Notes: generated by a model not told the origin, from the letters alone. A stretch of DNA of 54,273 nt from an uncultured Candidatus Saccharibacteria bacterium (GCA_964417855.1 CAYQJB010000001.1:358709-412981); one strand, 5' to 3'. Positions 38,723-47,267 are shown, numbered from the stretch's first letter. Numbers and translations: made by a program.

Positions 38723-39433
38723 ATGAAGAAAATCCAAAGCCCTGAAATACCAATAAAAAAAGGTCTTAAAAAGAGTAAACTCTGGCTTATTGGAATTGAT
38801 GAAGTTGGACGGGGTCCTTTAGCAGGTCCAGTTACCTTGTGCGCTTTTGGTATTCAGACATCGGATTCTGATTTCAGAAAAAATTTTTCCACAAAATATC
38901 CAAATTTAATACTAAATGATTCCAAAAAAATAACAGAAAAAAAGAGAGAGCAAATAGATAAGGCTTTGAGAAATGAAATTAATAAGAATAAAACTAATGA
39001 GCCTTATAAATTTTTAATAAAAAGTAAGAGTGCAAAGGATATTGATAAACTCGGTATCTCTATTTGTATACACGAAATCATAAAAAATCTTCTGAAAAAC
39101 TTTATAAAATCTTTAGGTATTTCAGAGGGTCAAGTTTGTATACTATTAGATGGAGGGCTCAAAGCTCCTCCTGAATTTGTAGATCAAGAAACCCACATTA
39201 AAGGTGATGTAAAATTTGCCGTTATCTCAGCTGCTTCAATTTTAGCAAAAGTGCACAGAGATAGATATATGCGAAACTTATTAAATAAAGATAAAAATCT
39301 AGCAAAATATGGTTTTGATATTCACAAAGGTTATGGAACAAAAAAACACATAGAATCTATAAAGAAAAACGGCTTAAGCAAGGAACACAGAATAACATTT
39401 CTAAAAAAACTGATAACATTTAATAAAATATAA
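38723..39433 (+). CDS. rnhB: ribonuclease HII
   Basis: LIGIDEVGRGPLAGPV catalytic N-terminus; K-rich insertion/extension. Confidence 0.8.
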   Translation: MKKIQSPEIPIKKGLKKSKLWLIGIDEVGRGPLAGPVTLCAFGIQTSDSDFRKNFSTKYPNLILNDSKKITEKKREQIDKALRNEINKNKTNEPYKFLIKSKSAKDIDKLGISICIHEIIKNLLKNFIKSLGISEGQVCILLDGGLKAPPEFVDQETHIKGDVKFAVISAASILAKVHRDRYMRNLLNKDKNLAKYGFDIHKGYGTKKHIESIKKNGLSKEHRITFLKKLITFNKI

Positions 39434-39436
39434 AAT

Positions 39437-40252
39437 ATGGAAACAACAAAAATCTCTTTATTTAAAGGCAAGAAAATAAGAAAAACACTATTTCAAAATG
39501 AGTGGTGGTTTTCTGTTACGGATGTAATTCTGGCTCTTACTGATAGTGCAGATTCCCGTGATTATTGGTATAGAATGAAAATAAGGGTTAAAGAAGAAGG
39601 CGGTTTTCAACTGTCGACAATTTGTCGACAGTTGAAATTACCAGCCGAAGATGGAAGGATGCGAGAAACCGATTGTACTGATACTGAAGGTATTTTTCGT
39701 ATTATTCAATCAATTCCATCAATAAAAGCTGAGCCATTTAAGCGGTGGCTTGCAAAAGTTGGTTATGAGCGAATACAAGAAATAGAAAATCCTGAATTGG
39801 CAACTAAAAGAACGAGAACACTTTACAAACTAAAGGGATACTCAGAGGATTGGATAGAAAAAAGAATGCGAGGGATTGCTATTCGAGGAGAACTGACAGA
39901 CGAATGGAAAAATAGAGGGGCAAATGAGCAAAAGGATTATGAAATCTTGACCGCTGAAATATCTAAAGCTACTTTTGGTGTTACGCCAAATGAATACAAA
40001 AAAGTAAAAGGGCTTAAGCGAGAAAATCTGCGTGATCATATGGATGATTTTGAGTTGATTTTTACAATGCTGGGTGAACGTTCAACCACAGAAATTCATA
40101 AAATTGAAAATTCAAAAGGAGTTTTAAAACTAGCAAAAGATGCCAAACGGGGTGGGGGAATTGCTGGTGTTGCTAAGAAACAATTAGAAAAAGAAATTGG
40201 TAGATCTGTAGTATCAAAAGACAATTTCCTACCAAAGAAAAAAACACCATAA
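39437..40252 (+). CDS. Bro-N domain protein (DinD / phage-antirepressor-like)
   Basis: N-terminal Bro-N signature (F...EWWFSVTDVILAL); start 4 nt after the rnhB stop; contains a 33-bp perfect palindrome at 39605-39637. Confidence 0.55.
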   Translation: METTKISLFKGKKIRKTLFQNEWWFSVTDVILALTDSADSRDYWYRMKIRVKEEGGFQLSTICRQLKLPAEDGRMRETDCTDTEGIFRIIQSIPSIKAEPFKRWLAKVGYERIQEIENPELATKRTRTLYKLKGYSEDWIEKRMRGIAIRGELTDEWKNRGANEQKDYEILTAEISKATFGVTPNEYKKVKGLKRENLRDHMDDFELIFTMLGERSTTEIHKIENSKGVLKLAKDAKRGGGIAGVAKKQLEKEIGRSVVSKDNFLPKKKTP

Positions 40253-40294
40253 ATTCTTGCAAAAACTCCAATAATAGGATATTATTCGGTTTAT

Positions 40295-40609
40295 ATGGTA
40301 AATCACATGAGACACACACCCGGTCACACTGGGAACAGAAGAAGTCACCACGCTCTAACAGCAGTGGTAGCAACGCTGTGCAAGGATTGCGGAGCTCCAA
40401 ACAGAAAGCATACAGCTTGCTCAAATTGCGGTAAGTACAAAGGAAGAGATGTACTAGGAAAGAAAATCAAAGCTGCAAAACTTACAAAAAAGGAGAAAAA
40501 GGCAGCAGCCGCAGTAAAAGCAAAGGCAAAACCTGCAAAAGTAGTTAAGGCAAAAGTAGCAAAAGTAAAGGCCGTAAAGCCAGCAAAAGCAGTCAAAGCA
40601 AAGAAATAA
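40295..40609 (+). CDS. rpmF: 50S ribosomal protein L32 with lysine/alanine-rich C-terminal extension
   Basis: RRSHHALTA and CxxC...CGxYKGR zinc-ribbon of L32, followed by about 45 aa of [11 protein letters not shown] histone-H1-like repeats. Confidence 0.75.
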   Translation: MVNHMRHTPGHTGNRRSHHALTAVVATLCKDCGAPNRKHTACSNCGKYKGRDVLGKKIKAAKLTKKEKKAAAAVKAKAKPAKVVKAKVAKVKAVKPAKAVKAKK

Positions 40610-40665
40610 TTTATAAACAGTCTCGGCAACAGCACCTTAGCACCTTCATCAACAAATAATACCTT

Positions 40666-41580
40666 ATGGCAAACAGACATTTATTAAGGTCAGTCGTACT
40701 ACAATCACTCTTTGAGTGGGATTTTAGAAACGTCGACAATAATTTAATCGGCGACATAGTGGTCAGAAATGCAGAAGAATTCGCTCCGGGAATGACGGAT
40801 TTTACATTCGCTAAGAAATTAGCTGATGGTGTTGTAAAAAAGAAGGCAGATTTAGATATGATTATTGAAAAAGCTGCTCCAGAGTGGCCTATTGATAAAA
40901 TCGCAAATGTAGACAGAAATGTACTTCGTTTAGGTCTTTATGAGTTGATTTTTGCTGATAGATCAGAAGTTCCAGCAAAGGTTGCAATCAATGAATCTAT
41001 TGAGCTTGCAAAGACTTATGGAGGAGAGACGTCTGGAAAGTTTGTTAACGGGGTACTTGGTGCTGTTTATAAAGAACTTGGAGAGCCTGGAAAGGATGAT
41101 GTTAGAGCTCCAAAAAAGAATAAGGATATTCCGTATGAGGAAATGCCTATCAAAACTCTGGCTGGTGGTGTGGTTTACTCAAGACATGAAGGAGAAATTT
41201 ATCTTGCATTAGTGCATGATGTTTTTGGACACTGGACATTATCAAAGGGCGGAATTGATTCATCAAAGGATATAAAGATTGCAGCAGCAGAAAAGATTGA
41301 GGAAGAGATTGGTGTTCCTGTAACTGTAATGGATGAGCTTGCAAGCAATGAATATATTGCATCTCATCCTGAGGATGGAAAGATAAGAAAGCAGGTCGTG
41401 TATTTTTTGGCTGAAGCTGAATACAAACCACTGAAACTTGAAGAAGGAAAAGGGGGGTTGGACAAAGTTCAATGGTTTAATGTAAAGGAAATTTTATCCC
41501 TGAATTTCTATAACGATATTATGCCAATAATCGTTAAGGCCCTGGGTAAGCTTTCCAATAAAGGGGAAGTTGTGGAATAA
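40666..41580 (+). CDS. nusB: transcription antitermination factor NusB fused to a C-terminal Nudix-fold domain
   Basis: residues 1-140 are NusB-like (RSVVLQSLFEWDF...KFVNGVLGAV); residues 160-300 carry a Nudix-fold pattern (GHWTLSKGG...AAAEKIEEEIGV) with a degenerate Nudix box. Confidence 0.6.
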   Translation: MANRHLLRSVVLQSLFEWDFRNVDNNLIGDIVVRNAEEFAPGMTDFTFAKKLADGVVKKKADLDMIIEKAAPEWPIDKIANVDRNVLRLGLYELIFADRSEVPAKVAINESIELAKTYGGETSGKFVNGVLGAVYKELGEPGKDDVRAPKKNKDIPYEEMPIKTLAGGVVYSRHEGEIYLALVHDVFGHWTLSKGGIDSSKDIKIAAAEKIEEEIGVPVTVMDELASNEYIASHPEDGKIRKQVVYFLAEAEYKPLKLEEGKGGLDKVQWFNVKEILSLNFYNDIMPIIVKALGKLSNKGEVVE

Positions 41581-41591
41581 ACTAATAAATA

Positions 41592-41625
41592 TTTGGGGTC
41601 AGGCACCATGGTGCCTGACCCCAAA
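41592..41625. promoter_or_regulatory. 34-bp GC-rich perfect palindrome in the rnc 5' region
   Basis: TTTGGGGTCAGGCACCA|TGGTGCCTGACCCCAAA; lies between the nusB-Nudix stop (41580) and the rnc ATG (41635). Confidence 0.5.
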
Positions 41626-41634
41626 CAAACAAAA

Positions 41635-42330
41635 ATGACTAATGCAAATATTTCAGAATTTGAAGAATCGATAGGGATTTCTTTTATCGATAAAAATTTA
41701 ATAAAAAAGGCTTTTACACACAGATCTTATTTGAATGAAAATAAAAGCCTAAAATTGGGACACAATGAAAGATTGGAGTTCTTGGGTGATGCTGTGCTTG
41801 AGCTTGTTGTTACAGACTTTTTATATAAAAAATTTCCTCAGAAAAATGAGGGAGAATTAACTGCACTTCGCTCAGCTCTTGTTAAAGCAGAGACCTTGGC
41901 AGCTGCTGCTGAACTTGCTGGAATGAACGCATATTTATTGCTTTCAAAAGGTGAATCAAAGGATACAGGACGAGCTAGACAGTATATTCTAGCAAACACT
42001 TTTGAATCAGTGGTTGGAGCAATTTACCTAGATCAGGGATATGACATCGTTGCAAAATTTATTGCAGATCAACTATTTGCACAAATTGACGATATTATTG
42101 AGAATAAAACTTTTATCGATTCAAAAAGTAGATTCCAAGAAATGGCGCAAGAAAAAACTGGTTTTACACCATCATACAAATTAATTAAAGAAGTTGGTCC
42201 GGATCACAACAAAATTTTCACAGTCGCAGTTACTGTTGGTGAAGAAACTATTACAGAAGGTGAGGGCAAGTCAAAACAAGAAGCCGAACAAATGGCTGCA
42301 GAGAAGGCTCTTGAGATTAAGGCTTGGTAG
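41635..42330 (+). CDS. rnc: ribonuclease III
   Basis: ERLEFLGDAVLELVVTDFLY RNase III signature plus C-terminal dsRBD; first ATG after the palindrome is 41635, and the ORF-track start at 41593 is a TTG inside the palindrome. Confidence 0.85.
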   Translation: MTNANISEFEESIGISFIDKNLIKKAFTHRSYLNENKSLKLGHNERLEFLGDAVLELVVTDFLYKKFPQKNEGELTALRSALVKAETLAAAAELAGMNAYLLLSKGESKDTGRARQYILANTFESVVGAIYLDQGYDIVAKFIADQLFAQIDDIIENKTFIDSKSRFQEMAQEKTGFTPSYKLIKEVGPDHNKIFTVAVTVGEETITEGEGKSKQEAEQMAAEKALEIKAW

Positions 42331-42386
42331 TTTAGCTGTTTTGGTTGGTTCTTGTGTCGATTTAATACTTATATAACCACATAAAT

Positions 42387-42414
42387 TTGACATTTCTTTT
42401 GCATTTGGTAAAAT
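42387..42414 (+). promoter_or_regulatory. sigma70-like promoter (TTGACA, 16 nt, TGgTAAAAT) of mini-unit B
   Basis: same -35 hexamer, same spacer length and same TG-extended -10 as 6288-6315. Confidence 0.45.
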
Positions 42415-42420
42415 TACTGT

Positions 42421-42478
42421 GATCATAAGATCGTTATAACGCTGGCTTAGGGGCTCCTGTAAGGAGCCCCTTTGGCTG
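42421..42478 (+). ncRNA. putative small RNA B, convergent with NYN gene B
   Basis: GATCATAAGATCG... then GGGGCTCC-tgtaa-GGAGCCCC hairpin and TTT; about 70% identical to RNA A, with compensatory stem changes (GGGCTCC/GGAGTCC versus GGGGCTCC/GGAGCCCC). Confidence 0.35.
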
Positions 42479-42497
42479 TCTGTATATTTTCATGCAA

Positions 42498-43271
42498 TCA
42501 AAGCAGATTACTAGGTTCATCAATTATATCTTTTATTGAGCTGTAAATTTCCCTTGGCCAGCAAATAAATTCCTTAATCTTCTTTATTTCAAAAACCCCA
42601 ATATTTAGTTTAACCAGTTCTCTGGAGGTCCTACCGGCTGTTGAAAATATAAAAATACCCTTATTTTCTTTTGTTATAGCGTTTATCGGGTCAACAAAAT
42701 CACTGTCTCCGCTCCATAGGATGAAGTTATTAATATTATTTTTATATAAATCAAGAAACATGTCTCTAGCTATCTCCACATCAAAATTACATTTTTTATC
42801 TTTCAGGTAAAAAACTCCCTTGTCATTTAAATCTTTAAAGAGATTATTTATTGATTCTATTGCCTTAACGTCGAGAACAGATAATAATGGTTTTTTAACA
42901 AAAGGTTGTAAAAGTAAGGTAGAGTTTTTGGATATATTTAAAAAATTAATAGGGTATAACATTATTTTTACCAATTTTGTTTCAACCTTATACCCGAGAT
43001 TTGTAAATTCAGTTATTGATTCTTGTGATCCCTCATCATTAGTAAGAGTTCCTGTATAAATATATACAATCTTAATTGTGTTGAAAGAATCAAAAAAATG
43101 CTTCAACCTCCTTGGGTTTATATGCCAACCAAGTTTGTCTTGCCAATGTATTACGTTTTGCCAGTCTAGATAGATATTTGAAGTCGTGGCAAAAATCTTT
43201 TCGAGTTCAATAATTACTTCTGGAAAAAGTCTTGCAAGATTTTGTATTCTTTTTGTCTTAGGGATAAACAT
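42498..43271 (-). CDS. NYN-domain putative ribonuclease, paralog B
   Basis: IYLDWQNV, CNFDVEI and ILWSGDSDF motifs; paralog of 6382-7164; TGA stop. Confidence 0.65.
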   Translation of the reverse strand: MFIPKTKRIQNLARLFPEVIIELEKIFATTSNIYLDWQNVIHWQDKLGWHINPRRLKHFFDSFNTIKIVYIYTGTLTNDEGSQESITEFTNLGYKVETKLVKIMLYPINFLNISKNSTLLLQPFVKKPLLSVLDVKAIESINNLFKDLNDKGVFYLKDKKCNFDVEIARDMFLDLYKNNINNFILWSGDSDFVDPINAITKENKGIFIFSTAGRTSRELVKLNIGVFEIKKIKEFICWPREIYSSIKDIIDEPSNLL

Positions 43272-43458
43272 ATATAGTGTTGCATATAATATAAAAAGGT
43301 AGATAAATAAAATCCAAAGATTATATATGGTACCTGTGGATAACTTCTACAGATGAAATTGAGTTGAACCTGTTATGCATTTAATGTTTGTGGAGGCATA
43401 CTAATTTAGTATATTATATGTTATATTATATGAACTTGAGTACATATTGATAATAATA

Positions 43459-45819
43459 ATGCATTTAAAATCGCTAGAAATTAATGGTTTCAAATCTTTT
43501 GCTAAAAAAGCGAATCTAGTTTTTAATACACCAATTACGTCTATTGTGGGTCCAAATGGTTCCGGAAAATCAAACGCTGCTGAGGCTTTTAAATTTGTTC
43601 TAGGAGAGCAATCTATTAAATCAATGCGTGGAAAGAAAGGTGAGGACATGATTTTTAATGGGGGAAAAGATATTCCTCGTGCAAACAGAGCTTCTGTTAA
43701 ACTTGTTTTTAGTAACCTTCCAAATGGAGCTAAGGGACGTGGAATTGCCAGGGCGACTGATTCATCTAGTTTGGGAATTATTTCAGGAAATGAAGGTCGT
43801 CTTTTTAGTATAGATTTTGATGAAGTTTCAATTGAGCGTGTAGTTCACAGAGATGGTGTCAATGAATATTTTTTAAATGGCACACAGGTTAGGCTTAAAG
43901 ACATTTTAGAATTACTTGCAAATGCAAATATTGGTTCATCGGGACATCATATAATTTCACAGGGTGAAGCTGATAGATTACTTTCTTCACTTCCTCGTGA
44001 AAGAAAAGATATGATAGAGGATGCTCTTGGTCTAAAAATATATCAATATAAGAAAGAAGAAAGCCAAAAGAGATTAGAGAAGACTGCAATTCATATGAAG
44101 GAAGTTGAATCATTGCGCCGTGAAATTGCACCGCACATTAGATTTTTGAAGAAACAGGTAGAGAAAGTTGAAAGAGCTGTTGCTTTGCGTGAAGAGTTAG
44201 CTGAAAAGTATAAGGAATATTTTGCATACGAGACAGAATATTTGAAGAAAGAAAAAGAGCAAATTTCAAGGGATGTTAATGAACCGTCTGCTGAGCTTGA
44301 AGATTTGAAGAAAGACCTAGAAAAACATAGAGCAATTTTGGATTTGGTGGAAAAACAGAATAAAGAAAATAGTAAGACATCAGAACTATTGGAGTTGGAT
44401 GCTGAAATGAGAAAAACTCGTGCAGAAAAAGACTCTTGCATGCGTGAGATTGGAAGACTGGAAGGCGAGATGTCGTATTTGAAGAGGACAATTGAGAAGA
44501 AAATTAGGGATGCAAATGAGTCCAATACTAAACAAATTTATTTAAGAGAAGTTGAGCAATTGAGTAAAGGTATTGATTCTAAGATTTCAGTAGCGATGGA
44601 GGCTGTTTCTTCTGAGAATTTTAACGATGTTAAGTCAGCGCTTGCAGAAATTAGAAAAGATTTTACAGAATTTTTGGAGCATCATAAAAATACAGAATCA
44701 TTAAATATTGAAAATGAGGAAGCTGAAATTTTAAAAATCACAGATACTGTAAAGGATTTTGAATTTAGATTAACTACTTTTGCAGAAGTTGAATCTGGGC
44801 AAAATTCTAGATACATAGAAATAAAAGCAGAAATTGAAAAGGACAAAGATAAAAACGTAGAAAGTGAAAAGGCCGTCCTTGTTATAATGTCACGCCAAAA
44901 TGAACTGCATACTCAAATAGAGGCTGTTAGATCAAGAGAAAGCAGGCTTAAAATTGAGCAAGATGACTACAATAGAGATATTCAGGAAGCTATTGCTTTG
45001 ATTGGGCGTTCGGCCGTTTCTTATGATGATTTTCCTTTACCAATGGAATCTGCTATTGAGAATAGACATGTTCAGGTTGAGAGAAGACGCGCACTGGAGA
45101 AAATAAAAATAAGACTTGAGGAAGCGGGGGGAGCAGGGGGGAATGAAATAATACAAGAATATAAGGAAGCAGAGGAAAGAGATGCTTTTTTTGTAAAAGA
45201 ATTGGAGGATTTAGAGAAGTCTATTGTCGCACTTAATATGATAATTGATGAGTTGAATGACAAGTTAAATAAGCTATTTAAGGATGGAATAAGTAAGATA
45301 AATCAGGAATTTAATAGATTTTTTATGTTGATGTTTGGTGGTGGCTCAGCATCACTTGAAGTAGTTAAGGAGGTAAAGAAAAAGAGAAGAAAGATTGCGG
45401 ATGATGAGTTGTCATCATTGGCTGAAATAGTTGGCGAGGAGTCTGAAGAAGAGCCAGAAGTTGAAGAGGGAATTGATATTAGCGTTGCTTTGCCACATAA
45501 ACGCACAAAAGGTTTAATGATGCTCTCTGGAGGAGAGCGTGCACTAACCTCCATTGCACTTTTGTTTGCAATGTCACAGGTTAATCCACCTCCGTTTATT
45601 ATTCTAGATGAAACAGACGCTGCGCTTGATGAGGCTAATTCAAGAAAATACGGAGATATGATTGAAGCGCTTTCTGAGCATTCGCAATTGATTTTAATTA
45701 CCCATAACAGAGAGACAATGTCACGTGCCGGTGTTATTTATGGAGTTACTATGGATTCTGGGGGATATTCTAAATTACTTTCAATTGCATTTGATGTGGC
45801 ACAGGAGATGGCAAAATAA
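43459..45819 (+). CDS. smc: SMC-family chromosome segregation ATPase (short form)
   Basis: N-terminal FKSF...GPNGSGKSN Walker A; long coiled-coil; C-terminal LSGGERALTSIALLFA signature and D-loop (ILDETDAALD); 786 aa from the first ATG. Confidence 0.75.
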   Translation: MHLKSLEINGFKSFAKKANLVFNTPITSIVGPNGSGKSNAAEAFKFVLGEQSIKSMRGKKGEDMIFNGGKDIPRANRASVKLVFSNLPNGAKGRGIARATDSSSLGIISGNEGRLFSIDFDEVSIERVVHRDGVNEYFLNGTQVRLKDILELLANANIGSSGHHIISQGEADRLLSSLPRERKDMIEDALGLKIYQYKKEESQKRLEKTAIHMKEVESLRREIAPHIRFLKKQVEKVERAVALREELAEKYKEYFAYETEYLKKEKEQISRDVNEPSAELEDLKKDLEKHRAILDLVEKQNKENSKTSELLELDAEMRKTRAEKDSCMREIGRLEGEMSYLKRTIEKKIRDANESNTKQIYLREVEQLSKGIDSKISVAMEAVSSENFNDVKSALAEIRKDFTEFLEHHKNTESLNIENEEAEILKITDTVKDFEFRLTTFAEVESGQNSRYIEIKAEIEKDKDKNVESEKAVLVIMSRQNELHTQIEAVRSRESRLKIEQDDYNRDIQEAIALIGRSAVSYDDFPLPMESAIENRHVQVERRRALEKIKIRLEEAGGAGGNEIIQEYKEAEERDAFFVKELEDLEKSIVALNMIIDELNDKLNKLFKDGISKINQEFNRFFMLMFGGGSASLEVVKEVKKKRRKIADDELSSLAEIVGEESEEEPEVEEGIDISVALPHKRTKGLMMLSGGERALTSIALLFAMSQVNPPPFIILDETDAALDEANSRKYGDMIEALSEHSQLILITHNRETMSRAGVIYGVTMDSGGYSKLLSIAFDVAQEMAK

Positions 45820-45840
45820 TGACTAAATAATAAGATAATA

Positions 45841-45867
45841 AAAAACCGATTTCGAAATCGGTTTTTT
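45841..45867. terminator. bidirectional rho-independent terminator
   Basis: AAAAACCGATTTC|GAAATCGGTTTTT perfect palindrome flanked by A- and T-tracts, between convergent genes. Confidence 0.75.
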
Positions 45868-45897
45868 ATTATCTTTGTCAGCACGGAACGGAAAGGG

Positions 45898-46215
45898 CTA
45901 TTTCTTAATAACTTTTGGTGCGGCAGGGGCTGTTGGTGCAGGTGCTACTGTATTTACAGGCGCTGTACTACTTGCTTGTTGATTTAACAAAGCTCTTTGC
46001 TGTTGCTGTTGTTGCATCATTTGTATTTGTTGAGGTGTAAGCGCGTTTTGTTGAGGATTTTTGTTCATCGCTGGACTTGAGATAGACAACTTCTGTCTGT
46101 TATTATCACCACCAAAGAATATCCAGGTAGTCAGGAAGACAGAAAGACCTATTATTAAGCCTGATAATACAATTGCTCCGGGTACACTCATTTGATTAAT
46201 TTTGGGAAGTCTCAT
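45898..46215 (-). CDS. small membrane protein with Gln-rich low-complexity tail
   Basis: 105 aa; one TM helix; poly-Q and Ala/Pro-rich C-terminus. Confidence 0.45.
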   Translation of the reverse strand: MRLPKINQMSVPGAIVLSGLIIGLSVFLTTWIFFGGDNNRQKLSISSPAMNKNPQQNALTPQQIQMMQQQQQQRALLNQQASSTAPVNTVAPAPTAPAAPKVIKK

Positions 46216-46412
46216 TTTTGTATGTTTAAATTATATTTTTTAATTAATTGCTCATGTATTATACATTCTAAAGATAAAATATTCAAAATGTTTATGAACA
46301 TATTTTTGGGGATATTTTAAATAGATTAAAAGATTGCTGTTTGATGTAGTTATCCCCATTATCCGATTGGTTCAATGTGTATATATTGTATTTACATGAT
46401 AAAATATATGGT

Positions 46413-47237
46413 ATGAACGCAAGAAAACTATTTTCAACTAAGACCTTTGCAGTCTTTCTTCTTTTTTGGGTATTGTTAAGCTGGGGCATCTCCCACGCTG
46501 TCAACAATGACATCAAATCTGCAACCACAAACTTCAGTGCAACAGGTATTGTGTCTGATGTTTCTGAATTTTCTATGACAATAGAAAATGCAAAAGGATC
46601 TACTCAATCATCAGATGGAACATACAATCTAAATCTAGATTATCTTAAGAAAGTAGAAACAAGTGATTATGGTCCACTTGCATTAACTGATATCAAAGCG
46701 GGGGATAAGGTTGTTGTACAAGGATTAACTAATGGATATGCATTCTACATCAAGAGAATTGTTTCCTTTACATCTGTTGCTACCAAGGCTGATGATGAGA
46801 ACGCAACAAGTACAGCCACAACAACTACATCAACAACAACTGAAGTTGTGTCACCTGTGATTCCAGCTGAATCGACAAGTACAGCCACAACAACTACATC
46901 AACAACAACTGAAGTTGTGTCACCTGTGATTCCAGCTGAATCGACAAGTACAGCAACAACAGCTCCAGCTGCAACCGAAGAGACAGCATCGTCTACTCCG
47001 ACGATTATTGAAACAATAACCAATACTGTTGGAGGGGCAGTTGGTGATGTTATTGATAAAGTAACAGAAGCAGTTCAAAATGTGGTGGATATATTAAATG
47101 GACCGGATGCACCCGATGCAACCTTGCCTAAGGAAAATATTGTACCAGCTGTAAGTACTTCACCATCAGTTGAGCCGCCAACACAATCTACAGATTCAGG
47201 AGCGATCATTAATTCTGAAGCTGTCCCTGTAAACTAG
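46413..47237 (+). CDS. secreted Thr/Ser-rich repeat protein
   Basis: signal peptide from the ATG at 46413 (MNARKLFSTK...SHA); contains a perfect 69-bp tandem repeat encoding TSTATTTTSTTTEVVSPVIPAES twice; ORF-track start at 46377 is a GTG. Confidence 0.6.
   Translation: MNARKLFSTKTFAVFLLFWVLLSWGISHAVNNDIKSATTNFSATGIVSDVSEFSMTIENAKGSTQSSDGTYNLNLDYLKKVETSDYGPLALTDIKAGDKVVVQGLTNGYAFYIKRIVSFTSVATKADDENATSTATTTTSTTTEVVSPVIPAESTSTATTTTSTTTEVVSPVIPAESTSTATTAPAATEETASSTPTIIETITNTVGGAVGDVIDKVTEAVQNVVDILNGPDAPDATLPKENIVPAVSTSPSVEPPTQSTDSGAIINSEAVPVN
46806..46961 (+). repeat. perfect 69-bp tandem repeat (2 full copies plus 18-nt partial third) inside a CDS
   Basis: 46806-46874 and 46875-46943 are identical; 46944-46961 restarts the unit with one substitution. 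Confidence 0.9.
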
Positions 47238-47267
47238 GTATTAATTTATATTATAATAATGCAAAAT

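Noticed and set aside
40345-40680. 111-aa minus-strand Phe/Ala-rich ORF
   Set aside because: It is an antisense artefact of the Lys/Ala-rich tail of rpmF.
41593-41634. ORF-track start of rnc at 41593 (TTG), giving an N-terminal MGSGTMVPDPKQTK extension
   Set aside because: The extension is simply the translation of the 34-bp palindrome. The first ATG giving a normal RNase III N-terminus is 41635.
46745-47023. 92-aa minus-strand ORF with internal repeats
   Set aside because: It is a mirror image of the 69-bp tandem repeat inside the plus-strand secreted-protein gene, and so is an artefact of that repeat.
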